From Kofleriaceae bacterium (GTDB lineage: Bacteria > Myxococcota_A > Polyangia > Haliangiales > Haliangiaceae), in NCBI GenBank assembly GCA_046597055.1, contig JBKJLC010000037.1, positions 64,001 through 128,000 of the forward strand: a DNA stretch of 64,000 nucleotides. The letters run 5' to 3'. Position numbers and translations under genes: made by a program. Positions 8,971 through 19,300 of the stretch are shown here, piece by piece. The notes beneath the pieces were generated by a model. That model did not search any database. It saw only the letters and a list, made by a program, of their open reading frames with translations, and had not been told where the DNA came from. The first letter of the stretch is position 1. Each line of letters opens with the position of its first letter.

Positions 8971-10110
8971 ATGGACTACGGCTACGTCCCGGACAGAGAC
9001 CCATACCTCAACCGCCTCCGCGTAGTAGTCGACCGTCGTCCCAACACGGCCATGGTGAGTGTGCGGAGCGTCCGCAGTCTCCAGGCCTTCATCCAGCACC
9101 TCGATCGGGCGTCCAGCGTCACGCGGCCGATCGATCACATGGTCGTTGGCGGCCACGCCAATCGCTGGGCCTGGCAGGTGAACCTGTACGGCGCGAGTCA
9201 GGGTACGACCTTCGAGACCATCGTGGACTCGATGGCAGTTCCTGCCAACTCGATCGTGGTGCCAGATGCGGTGATCGGATTCGTTCCGGACCAGCCCAAT
9301 CCATCGGAGCACTTCTTTCATATCAAGGGCTGCAATTTGGGCAAGGCCCCCGCATTCCTCGAAAAGTTGAGCGAGGGACTCGGCGGCCGTCTCAAGATCA
9401 CCGCGCCCAAGCACTTCCATGGCGCTAGCACCCATGGGCGACACCTCTTCGAGTGGATGGCATACGAGTTCGTCATCTTCCAGAAGTCGAGACTAACCAC
9501 CAGGGCCGCACTGGCGGCTGCCTACCACGCAGCGCCATTGGTACTGATCGACGGCCGGACGAAAGTGCCCGAGGCGATGTGGGACAGGTGGCTAAGTCGA
9601 TTCCGAAACATCAATAGAACGCAAAGCGTTCCTGTCTGGTCGAGGCTTGGCGTCTCGCTCGGCCGTCGCGGACGCGTCGAGACGGCGACAGTCCTAACAG
9701 CGACCAGCCCTACGCTAGTCCGTCGGAGCGTCCGATACCCTTCGGAGGCCGACATCCCGACCGATCTGAACGAACGGATGGCTGAGCTGAGGCGGCAACT
9801 GTTGCTCATCGCCATGTACGAGGACACTCACCCCTTCCCAATGTTCAAGAGGCTTGGCTACGCTTCCTTCGAAGACATGATAGATGGCTTGGATTGGAAG
9901 ATTTTCACCAGCCGTCAGGGCGTGTGGCACTTGCTACATTTCGCCGGCAGTCGTTATGAATACCAATTGATGGTGCCGATCATGGATCAGTCCGGTAGCC
10001 TCGAGCCGCACCTCGGCACCATGATCTTCAACCACTGGCCGGCGACCGGCTCCTCGGTGAGTCGAGGGATCGTCGAGTCCGACAGCGCCTTCTTCGCGAC
10101 GGTCCCGTGA
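8971..10110 (+). CDS. Hypothetical protein with putative caspase-fold (DUF4347/clan CD-like) His-Cys N-terminal domain
   Basis: HMVVGGHAN and FHIKGCNLG motifs; AT-richer codons; GTGA overlap with next gene. Confidence 0.6.
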   Translation: MDYGYVPDRDPYLNRLRVVVDRRPNTAMVSVRSVRSLQAFIQHLDRASSVTRPIDHMVVGGHANRWAWQVNLYGASQGTTFETIVDSMAVPANSIVVPDAVIGFVPDQPNPSEHFFHIKGCNLGKAPAFLEKLSEGLGGRLKITAPKHFHGASTHGRHLFEWMAYEFVIFQKSRLTTRAALAAAYHAAPLVLIDGRTKVPEAMWDRWLSRFRNINRTQSVPVWSRLGVSLGRRGRVETATVLTATSPTLVRRSVRYPSEADIPTDLNERMAELRRQLLLIAMYEDTHPFPMFKRLGYASFEDMIDGLDWKIFTSRQGVWHLLHFAGSRYEYQLMVPIMDQSGSLEPHLGTMIFNHWPATGSSVSRGIVESDSAFFATVP

Positions 10111-13100
10111 CGGTACCAGAAACCCTGCGCGGGCTCTCCGAGCGGGTGGGCTTTGGCCTGATGCCGCTCCACGAGGCGTTGCGCGATGCCGACTCCTTAC
10201 GTGACTTCCTCGAGGAATTCGGATGGGATTTCGTGGCAGCGCCTGCCTCGCTCCTCGCGCTGCAGCCGGCGATCCAGCTCGCGGTGGAGAACGCGACCGG
10301 CATCGTCCACGACGCCGACATCTCTCTTGCCGTGGTCTTGCCGTCGCTGGTCGCGGCGTTCAACGGAATCGCGGCGTTGCAGAGCGCGTCAGACCTGCCG
10401 GCCGACTTCCGCGCGGAGTTCCCGGCCCAACTCGTCGACTACCTGCTGGTTAGGCAATTGCTCGACAACGTTCCCGGCTGGGGCGCGCTGTTGCAGGCCA
10501 TCGGGGTCGTGCGCATCGAGGACGTCGCGGCCGCTAGCGCGCGGCCCGAATACCAGCGCTACGTCCTGGATCGCGCAAAGCTCATCGACTACCTGCAAGA
10601 GCCGCTCGCGACGCTGAAGTCCACGTATCGCTGGGGAGACAGCGACTTCGACGGACAGGGGATGCTGCGCAGCGCCGTCGAGCTGGCGCAGCGCTGGGGC
10701 GCCGAGGTCTACGAGCACAGCCCGTCGGCCGCGCTGGTGGCAGCGCTCAACGCTGGCGCGCTCGACCCGGCAGCCACCGAGCACTCCGCGCCGCGGGCGA
10801 TCCTCGCGCTCGAGCGCGTCGAGCCCGGCGCCTTCGACGTTGGTGTCGCGTTGTTCTTGCTACCCGAGACCGCCACCGCGGCGCCGGGCTTCGCCGTGTT
10901 GCCAAGCGGCTCCGGTGAGCTCGGCGAAACGATCATGCTGCGCGACGACACGCGGCTCGACATCGGCGGCGACCTGACGGCGGGCCTCGGTGCGGTGGTG
11001 CGGCCGGGGCAGCCGATCGAGGCGATTGCCGGGGGAGGGATCGAGATCGCTTACAGCGTCGCGCGGGCCACTGCGACATCGCTGATAGGCAATCCCGAGG
11101 GCACGCGGCTCCAGGTGCAAGGCGCGGTTGGGCGGCTTGAGGTGTCGGGCACTGGTGGTGACGTCGAGTTGGTCGCGTCGATCGATACGACAGGGCTGGC
11201 GCTTGTTATCGACGGCGGCGACTCCGACGGTTTCGTCAGCGCCGCCCTGCCCGCCGCGTCGACGACGATCGAGTTCCCGTTCGGCGCGTCGTGGTCAAGC
11301 AAGACCGGCTTCGCGGTGCATGGGGGAAACAACCTCGCGGTGATGGTCCCGGTCGACGTTGGGCTCGGTCCGGTGCGCGTCTCCGGCGTGTCGGCAGCGC
11401 TGCGCGGTGAGCACTCCTTGGCGCAGCCGCCCCGCGTCATCCTCGAGGTCGGCGCGGCCATCCGCGGCGCGATCGGACCGGTGCAGTTCGAGATCCGCGG
11501 CGCCGGCGTCGAGCTCGGGCTGACGCTCGCCGATGGCAACCTCGGCCCGCTCGACGTCGCGGTCGGGTTCCGAGCGCCCGACGGCGTTGGCCTCGCGGTC
11601 GCGGCCGCCGTGGTCAAGGGCTCGGGCAGCGTCGCGTGCGATCGCGCGCGCAGCGAGTACGCCGGCTCGCTTCAGCTCGACGTCGGCGGCATCGGCGTCG
11701 CGGCGGCGGCGCTGCTAACGGCATCGCGTCCGGGGCAGCCCGCCGCCTACTCGCTGGTCGCGGCGATCTCGGCGGAGTTCGCCCCGATCCCGATCGGCCT
11801 TGGCTTCACGCTCGACGGGGTGGGCGGGTTGATCGGACTCCACCGCCGCGTCGATACTGCGGCGCTGCGGGCCGCCCTGCGGGGGCCCGGCATCGACAAC
11901 ATCTTCTTCGCCGACGACCCGGCGGCCCAGGCCTCGCGGTTGCTGACCGATCTCGCCACCTACTTCCCGGCGGCGCAGGGCCGCCACGTGTTCGGGCCGG
12001 CGGCGAAGTTCGGCTGGGGCACGCCGACGATCATCGAGGGTACGGTGGCGCTACTGCTGGAGGTGCCGGCGCCGGTGCGGCTGATGCTGCTGGGCAACGT
12101 GTCGACGGCGCTACCGACCAAGGACGAGCCGATCATCGAGCTCAACGTCGATGTGCTGGGCGAGCTGGACTTCTCGCGCAAGACGCTGGCCATCGACGCC
12201 GCGCTGCGCGACTCGCAGGTAGCTGGGTTCCCGATCACTGGCGACATGGCGCTGCGGATGGGATGGGGCGATTCGCCGAGCTTTGCGCTGTCGGTGGGCG
12301 GTTTTCACTCGCAGTTTCGGCCACCGCCCGGGTTCCCGGAGCTCCGACGCGTGCGCATCCCCATCGGCTCGGGAGACAATCCGCGTCTCGACATTCAGGG
12401 CTTCCTGGCGCTGACATCGAATACCGTGCAAGTGGGCGCGGCCGTGGACTTGTACGTGGCAGCGGGCCCGCTGAACATCGTCGGTAGCCTGGGGTTCGAG
12501 GCGCTGGTCCAGTTCGTGCCATTCGGCTTCGAGGTCGACCTCTGGGCGGGCGTGGCGCTGCGGCGCGGCAGCCGCGTGCTGGCGGGCGTGCACCTCGATG
12601 GCAAGCTACGGGGGCCGTCGCCGTGGCACTTCTCGGGCGAGGCATGTCTGTCGCTCTGGTTCGTCGATCTGTGCGTCGGCTTCGATGCGACGTTCGGCCA
12701 GGAGCGCCCCGTCGAGTTGCCGCAGCGCGAGATCTGGCCGCAGCTTGAGGCAGCGCTGAAGGATGTACGCAACTGGACCTCGGCGATGCGGCCGGCGGCG
12801 GCGCGCGCGGTAATCACAGCGCCTCCGGTCGATGATGGTGTGCCTGTGACGCGGATCGATCCGGCCTCGGCGCTATCGGTGCAGCAGAAGGTCGCGCCGC
12901 TCAATCGCCTCATCGAGCGCTTCGCGCAGGTAGCGCCATTGGGACCCGTCAAGTTCCAGATCCAGAACGCGAAGCTGGGCGAAACGGTGCTCACCCCGGG
13001 CCTGGTCGAGGACTGGTTTGCACCGGCGCAGTTCGAGGACCTCACCGATGCAGAGCGCATGTCGCGGCCCGGCTACGAGAAGATGGTGGCGGGCGTGACC

Positions 13101-13505
13101 CTCGCCAGCGACGCGGTCGTCACGGTCGGCTCCGAGCTGATCAGGCCGCTCGAGTACGAGACCATCAAGTTCCCCGACCCCGAGCCGCTGCTGGTGAAGT
13201 ATCGCCCGTCGGTGATGCTGCAGCTGGCCGGCACCACCAGGGCCGCCAGCGCAAATGCGCCGCTGCGCCACGGCGCCGCGGGTGCGTTCGCTCCGCTCCG
13301 CGGCACGCCCCCGCTGGTCACGCTGGAGGGGGAGCGCTTCGTGATCGTCTCCACGCTCGATCTCACGCCGCGCCTCGACATCACGCCGGCCGCCGGCCGG
13401 GGTGACGTAGAGCTAGCGCTCAAGACGCATCTGGCGGCCAACCCCGGCGCCCGTGACGCGTTGCAGGTGGTGCCGCGGTTCGAGGTCGAGGAGCTGTTGC
13501 GATGA
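10107..13505 (+). CDS. DUF6603-type large beta-rich protein (1132 aa)
   Basis: Motifs IPIGLGFTLDGVGGLIGLHR, FGWGTPT, SVGGFHSQF, GFLALTSNTVQVGA, LRGPSPW recognised as DUF6603-like. Confidence 0.75.
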   Translation: MTVPETLRGLSERVGFGLMPLHEALRDADSLRDFLEEFGWDFVAAPASLLALQPAIQLAVENATGIVHDADISLAVVLPSLVAAFNGIAALQSASDLPADFRAEFPAQLVDYLLVRQLLDNVPGWGALLQAIGVVRIEDVAAASARPEYQRYVLDRAKLIDYLQEPLATLKSTYRWGDSDFDGQGMLRSAVELAQRWGAEVYEHSPSAALVAALNAGALDPAATEHSAPRAILALERVEPGAFDVGVALFLLPETATAAPGFAVLPSGSGELGETIMLRDDTRLDIGGDLTAGLGAVVRPGQPIEAIAGGGIEIAYSVARATATSLIGNPEGTRLQVQGAVGRLEVSGTGGDVELVASIDTTGLALVIDGGDSDGFVSAALPAASTTIEFPFGASWSSKTGFAVHGGNNLAVMVPVDVGLGPVRVSGVSAALRGEHSLAQPPRVILEVGAAIRGAIGPVQFEIRGAGVELGLTLADGNLGPLDVAVGFRAPDGVGLAVAAAVVKGSGSVACDRARSEYAGSLQLDVGGIGVAAAALLTASRPGQPAAYSLVAAISAEFAPIPIGLGFTLDGVGGLIGLHRRVDTAALRAALRGPGIDNIFFADDPAAQASRLLTDLATYFPAAQGRHVFGPAAKFGWGTPTIIEGTVALLLEVPAPVRLMLLGNVSTALPTKDEPIIELNVDVLGELDFSRKTLAIDAALRDSQVAGFPITGDMALRMGWGDSPSFALSVGGFHSQFRPPPGFPELRRVRIPIGSGDNPRLDIQGFLALTSNTVQVGAAVDLYVAAGPLNIVGSLGFEALVQFVPFGFEVDLWAGVALRRGSRVLAGVHLDGKLRGPSPWHFSGEACLSLWFVDLCVGFDATFGQERPVELPQREIWPQLEAALKDVRNWTSAMRPAAARAVITAPPVDDGVPVTRIDPASALSVQQKVAPLNRLIERFAQVAPLGPVKFQIQNAKLGETVLTPGLVEDWFAPAQFEDLTDAERMSRPGYEKMVAGVTLASDAVVTVGSELIRPLEYETIKFPDPEPLLVKYRPSVMLQLAGTTRAASANAPLRHGAAGAFAPLRGTPPLVTLEGERFVIVSTLDLTPRLDITPAAGRGDVELALKTHLAANPGARDALQVVPRFEVEELLR

Positions 13506-16354
13506 GTCAGACCGGCGCTGCTTACCGGTTCCTCTCGTGGGCGCGGCGCGGTGCCGCGAGCCACATCGAGTTGCTTGACGGCAACACCGGCGCGGCGCGC
13601 GTCGAGGTGCCCATCGAGGTCCGTTTCAACGGGGGCAGCAACACCGCCTCGCTGAGGCTCGAGCTGCTCGGCCCGGGCGACGTGGTCTCGCTCGACCCGC
13701 GCGCCGTGACGCGCGTCTTTCCCCCGCCCGAGACGCGCGATGCCGAGCCCAACTACTTCCCGCTCATCGAGTTCGATCAGGTCGACCTGCCGTGGCGCTT
13801 CACGCCGCGCGCCGCCAACCCGACCAGCGGCCGCGTGCGTCCGTGGTTCTGCCTCATCGCCGTCGAGGAGGGCGAAGCGTTCCAGTACACGCCGTCCGGT
13901 GGTGGCCGCCCCACCGGCGTGGTCGAGATCCAGCCCAGCGTCCCGCTGCCGCTGCTCGATCAGTCGTGGGCCTGGGCCCACGTCCAGCTCAGCGGCGACG
14001 ACGCGCTGACCTCGCCTGAAGCCATCGCCGCCCAGCCCGAGCGCGCCGTCGCACGGCTGCTCTGTCCCCGCCGCCTCGACACCCGCAAGACCTACTGGGT
14101 GATGCTGGTCCCGACCTTCGAGGTCGGCCGCCTCGCCGGTCTGCGCCAGCCGCTCGGCACCGCCATCAACTCGCTCGCACCGGCGTGGCAAGAGCCTCGC
14201 GGAACGGTCGTGCGGCCGGTGTACTACCGCTGGCGCTTCGGGACGGGTCAGGGCGGTGACTTCGAGACGCTGGTTCGCCAGCTGCAGCCGCGTCCGCTGC
14301 CGGCGACGGTGGGCACCCGCCCCCTCGACGTCAGCCAGCCCGGCACGCTGCCACCCGCCTCGACCCGGTCTGTCCCCATCGGTGGGGCGCTGCGGGCGCC
14401 GCTCGGCGACCCGTGGGCGTGGCCGGGGGACGAGAGCCAGCGCGCCAGCTTCATCGATCTGCTCTCGGCACTGCTCGACCACCCCGACGTCCTGCGCCAG
14501 AGTGGCGGCGCGCCGGTGGTGGTGCCGCCCCTCTACGGCACCTGGCACGCGCGCAGCCGGCGCCTGCAGGCCGGCTCGCCGCCGCCGTGGTTCCGGGATC
14601 TCAACCAGGATCCACGCGCCCGCATCGGTGCGGCGCTCGGCACCGAGGTGATCCAGACGCTGCAGGATCTGTTGATGACGTCGGCGTGGGATCAGCTCGC
14701 CGGCATCCGCGACGCCAATGATCAGCTGCGCAAGGCCCAGTTCGCCCGCGCCATCGCCGAGCGCTTTCACGTGCGCTTCGTCCAGCCGGCCAACGCCGAC
14801 AACGTGCTGACCTTCACTGCGCCGGCGCTCGGCCACATCCGGCCGGCGATCAAGACGGTGCGGGCCCTGGTAGCGAACAGCCCAGCTCGCCTGGCACTGG
14901 TCAGCGGCACCTTCCGCCGGCTGGCGCGTCCACTCGGCCCGATGGGTCGCCGGCAAGGTCGGAAGAGCCTCGCGAGCGAGCCGCTGATCACGCGCGTCAA
15001 CAGTGGCCGGTACGACGGGGTGCTCGCCGCAGAGCCACCGACGTCGCAGGCATTGCCCACCTGGGACTGGGTGATGAAGGCCGACGCCTGGCCCTCTGTC
15101 TTCTCCGGGCCGCTCAGCCAGAGTCTCCTGAAGAACACGGTGCCGCCGCAGCCCCAGAAAACCGTGGGCGACGTCGAAGACGACGGGCCGCCGGTGGACG
15201 ACACCAGGAGCGAAACCGACGACAGCCCGTCAATGGCGCGCTTTCGCGCCGCCGCCATCGCCCTCGCGCTCGGCCGAACCAACCCGCTCGACCCGCCGAA
15301 GCCAGGCGAGACCCTCCACCAGCTCGACCTCCCAGCGGTCAAGGCCAGCGTGACCACCGGGGTCGATCCCAGGGTCACCATTCCAGCGGCGCTGCGCGAC
15401 CGCATGGTCGGCCGTCCGGATTTCGTGTGGAATCCGCCGGACCCGATCGAGCCAGTGATGGCCCACCCCGAGTTCCCGCAGCCGATGTACAAGCCGCTCG
15501 CCGAGCGCTCGCCCGAATGGATCTTGCCGGGCCTGGAGGCCGTGGAGGCCAACAGCGTTGGTCTCGCCGTCACCAACCCGGCGTTCATCGAGGCGTACAT
15601 GGTCGGCCTCAATCACGAGATGGCGCGCGAACTGTTGTGGAACGAGTACCCGACCGATCAGCGCGGCAGCTACTTCCGCCAGTTCTGGGATACCGCCGGC
15701 CTGGCACCGACGCCGGTCCCGGAGACGTTCAAGGACATCCGTCGCCTGCAGGAGTGGCCCGCCAGCTCCCTCCTCGGCACCCACAGCCCGCGCCCACCGA
15801 TCCCCGGTGGCGCACCGCATCTGGTGCTGCTGGTGCGCGGCGAGGTGCTGCGGCGGTATCCGGGCACGCTGGTGTACGCGCAGCGCGCGCGGGGGCCGAT
15901 CGCCGATCCCGAGCTCGCCGATCCCACCGCCGCCGGCGTGCTGCGTCGTCCGGTGTTCGGCGGCCGCCTGGATCCTGACATCGCCTTCTTCGGCTTCGAG
16001 CTGACCGATGCCGAGGCGCGGGGCGGCCCGAACGATCCGGGATGGTTCTTCGTGTTCGAGGAGCAGCCCGGGGAGCCGCGCTTCGGCCTCGATGCCTCGT
16101 TCACGGCGGCGAACCCGACGAGCTGGGATGACCTGGCGTGGCGGCACCTGGTGCCGGACGCGAACGATATCGCCACCATCAACTACATCGATCTCGCCGC
16201 TGACAAGCCGACCATCACCGGGGTCACCGCCCCCGGCGGCGCCGGCTGGCACGTCAGCGGCCCCGCCCCGGTCGCGAGGGGCGCCGATCACGCCTACATC
16301 ACCTTCCAGCGTCCGGTGCGAGTCGCGATGCACGGCTCCCTGCTGGTGCCGTGA
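13502..16354 (+). CDS. Large uncharacterised protein (950 aa)
   Basis: Long GC3-biased ORF, ATGA overlap; motif-like blocks GPGDV..EPNYFP..DLPWRFTP and FIEAYMVGLNHEMARELLWNEYPTDQRGSYFRQFWD. Confidence 0.85.
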   Translation: MSQTGAAYRFLSWARRGAASHIELLDGNTGAARVEVPIEVRFNGGSNTASLRLELLGPGDVVSLDPRAVTRVFPPPETRDAEPNYFPLIEFDQVDLPWRFTPRAANPTSGRVRPWFCLIAVEEGEAFQYTPSGGGRPTGVVEIQPSVPLPLLDQSWAWAHVQLSGDDALTSPEAIAAQPERAVARLLCPRRLDTRKTYWVMLVPTFEVGRLAGLRQPLGTAINSLAPAWQEPRGTVVRPVYYRWRFGTGQGGDFETLVRQLQPRPLPATVGTRPLDVSQPGTLPPASTRSVPIGGALRAPLGDPWAWPGDESQRASFIDLLSALLDHPDVLRQSGGAPVVVPPLYGTWHARSRRLQAGSPPPWFRDLNQDPRARIGAALGTEVIQTLQDLLMTSAWDQLAGIRDANDQLRKAQFARAIAERFHVRFVQPANADNVLTFTAPALGHIRPAIKTVRALVANSPARLALVSGTFRRLARPLGPMGRRQGRKSLASEPLITRVNSGRYDGVLAAEPPTSQALPTWDWVMKADAWPSVFSGPLSQSLLKNTVPPQPQKTVGDVEDDGPPVDDTRSETDDSPSMARFRAAAIALALGRTNPLDPPKPGETLHQLDLPAVKASVTTGVDPRVTIPAALRDRMVGRPDFVWNPPDPIEPVMAHPEFPQPMYKPLAERSPEWILPGLEAVEANSVGLAVTNPAFIEAYMVGLNHEMARELLWNEYPTDQRGSYFRQFWDTAGLAPTPVPETFKDIRRLQEWPASSLLGTHSPRPPIPGGAPHLVLLVRGEVLRRYPGTLVYAQRARGPIADPELADPTAAGVLRRPVFGGRLDPDIAFFGFELTDAEARGGPNDPGWFFVFEEQPGEPRFGLDASFTAANPTSWDDLAWRHLVPDANDIATINYIDLAADKPTITGVTAPGGAGWHVSGPAPVARGADHAYITFQRPVRVAMHGSLLVP

Positions 16355-16357
16355 GCC

Positions 16358-19300
16358 ATGCCTGACCTGTCCGACAACATCGAGACGCTGGACGCGGCGT
16401 ATCCCATCGCGCTGCTGCCGGTCCGCATCGAGACCCGCTTCGTCAGCGGGAGGAGCCCCGAGCTGCTGGTGCGCGTCTATCCCGACGAGATCGCGGCCGA
16501 GCTGGGCCATCTCATGACCAGCGACGCCGCTGAGGCGGCGCGCCAGTTCTGGCGCGAGGGCTGGCAGTACGCCGACGAGCTCGACGCCTGGCGCCGGCTG
16601 GTGCAGCGATATCCCGGGCAGGTCGCGGCTGCGCTGGTCGACGAGCACCGTCCCGACAACTGGACCAGTCGCCCCAGCGGTCAACCGACGTGGGCCAATG
16701 CGCCTCGGCCATCGTCGCCACAGACAGCGACCACCCGCGTGCTCCCCGATTGCTGGATCGCGGTCGGTTTCCGCAAGGGCCAGCAGACGCTGCGCCACAT
16801 CGGCAGCGCGATCGTCGAGCCGCTGGCGCTGTCGTTCCGCCGCGACATCGAGGAAGGTGCGCCAGAGCTGATCGATCACGATGGCCTCCAGGTCGAGCCT
16901 GCGCTGCGATGGACCGTCGACGTCGAGGAGGCGATCAAAGTCGGCATGGCGATGCGCATCCCGATCACCAGCCTCGATCTGGCCCAAGGCTTCGATCGGC
17001 TGGTGGTGTACGGCGTCAAGACCACGCTGTCTCCCGCGGACACTGGGGCGCGCCTCGAGACCCTGCTCGATAGTCACCGTCACAGCCGCGGGCTGGCGCT
17101 GGTTCCGCAAGGCACGCCCACCAACAACTCCAGCGAGGGCGGCTCGGGGTATCCGCCGCCCGACGATGCCGACCGCAGGTTCGTCATCGAGCGTGGTCCA
17201 CCGCTCCCCACCCCCGGTAGCGACGGCGATGTGCTGGCCAAGGCGCTCGGTCTGGCCACCGGCATCTTCGATCACGTCGAAGGCGCCGGCGGCGTGGAGC
17301 AGAAGCGCGCCCGCGCCATGAACCAGGCGCTGTGGCCGTGCACGCTCGGATACTTCCTCGAGCAAATGATGGCGCCGCTGGTGAGCGCCGCCAACGTCAC
17401 GGCCATCCGCAGCCACGTCGCCGACTTCGTGCGCGGGCGTGGGCCACTGCCTGCCTTCCGCGTGGGCCGCGTGCCATACGGCATCCTGCCGGTGACCCCG
17501 CTGTGGGGCTCGATCGATGGCTTCGAGACCGCCCTGGTGGAGCGGCTGAGCTCGTGGCAACCGCGCGTGCTCGAGCAGGTGCCCCACGTCGCGCGCATCG
17601 GCCGCACCGGCGATCCGGACGCCGATCTGCTCGGCATCCTCGCCCTCGACGCCAGCACGCGCGAGGTCCGTCTGCGCGAGGTCGTCGGCCCGGCGTACGT
17701 GCGCGCGGTGCTGCAGCTCCTGGACACCGATGCCTCGCTCGGCGTGAGCGAGCGTAGCGATCTGACCCAGCGCGTGATGACGGCGCTCGGAATGGCGGGT
17801 TCGCCGCGCGTCGGCACCATGACGTTCAGCAACAAGGCGCCGCGCATCGACCTGCCGATGGTCGCGCCCGAACCGCTGTCGGAAGATCAGACGCTCGTCG
17901 ACAACTACATCACCGACCTCCTGACCGCCAAGACCACAGAAGATCTGGAGCCGTCGCCGGTCTCGCGTCCCTTGCTGTTCCACCTTCTCCGTCAGGGCGC
18001 GCTGGTCGAGTACCACCGCGTCGCGGTCGACCTCGCCATCGCCGCCGGCCTCGATCCCAAGGGCGTCCCCTACGCCCAGGCGTCCGATCGCCGCGAGATC
18101 GAGCTGTTCCAGGTCCCGCCGCCCCCGGCCGGCGCCCCGTCACCGCAGCCGCCGCGGCGGAGTCCGAGCCAGCGCTTCGCCCAGACGCTGCCGGTCGCCG
18201 GCGGCTCCATGCTCAGCGACTGGCTCCTGAACCTGCCGACCGATCCGGCCAAGGACCACGGGCGCCAGCCGATCCGCGCGCACGTCGAGGCGCTGAAGGC
18301 GCTCGAGGGCGCGCCCACCGCCGAGCTCGAACGTCTGATGACCGAGACGCTCGACACCTGCTCGCACCGCCTCGACGCGTGGATCACCTCGCTGGCGACG
18401 CGCCGGCTGTCGGCGCGTCGCGCCACCCATCCCGAGGGCATCTACCTGGGCGGCTACGCGTTCGTCGAGAACCTGCGCGCCCGCCAGGCGCCGTTTCCCG
18501 GCCAGACCGGCGGCTTCATCCATGCGCCGTCGGCATCGCACGCCGCTGCCGCCGCCATCCTGCGCAACGGGTACCTCACTCACGAGAACACCGCGGAGGT
18601 TGCGATCGATCTGTCGTCGCAGCGGGTGCGGCGCGCGCTGTCGCTGTTCGACGGCGTGCGGCACGGCCAGCAGGCCGGCGCGGTGCTTGGCTACTGGTTC
18701 GAGCGCGGCCTGCACGACCGCCAGCTCGACCGCTACATCGCGCCGTTCCGTCGACTGTATCCGCTGGGCCGGTTGCCCGACGCTCCCGACGAAGGCCCCG
18801 ACGAGCCGATCGCCGCCCGCAACGTGGTCAACGGCCTGGCGCTGCGCGATGCATTGCTGCGGCGGCCGGTACTGCCGTGGACCGATGCCGACATCCTGCC
18901 GCTGGTGTCCGAGGCCGACCGCCCGGCGGTGCAGGTGTGCCTGGCGCAGCTCGAGGACGACGTCGACGCCGCTGCCGACCTGCTGGCCGCCGAGTCGGTC
19001 TATCAGGCGGTGCAGGGCAACACCGATCGCGCTGGGGCCAACCTGGCCAGCGGCGCCGGGACCGGCAGCCTGCCCACGCCGGGCATCGTCACGCCGCCCA
19101 CCTCCGGCACGGCGTTCACCCACCGGGTGGCCATCGTGCTAGGCGGCGCGCCGACGACGTTGGCATGGCCGGCGTCCGGCGCCCGCCGCATCGCCGAGCC
19201 ACGTCTCGACGCCTGGCTCGGCAACCGGATGGGCAGCGCGGCCGCCGTCCAGTGCCGCGCGCGGTACGACCAGACCGAGACCACGGTCACCATGCAGGAC

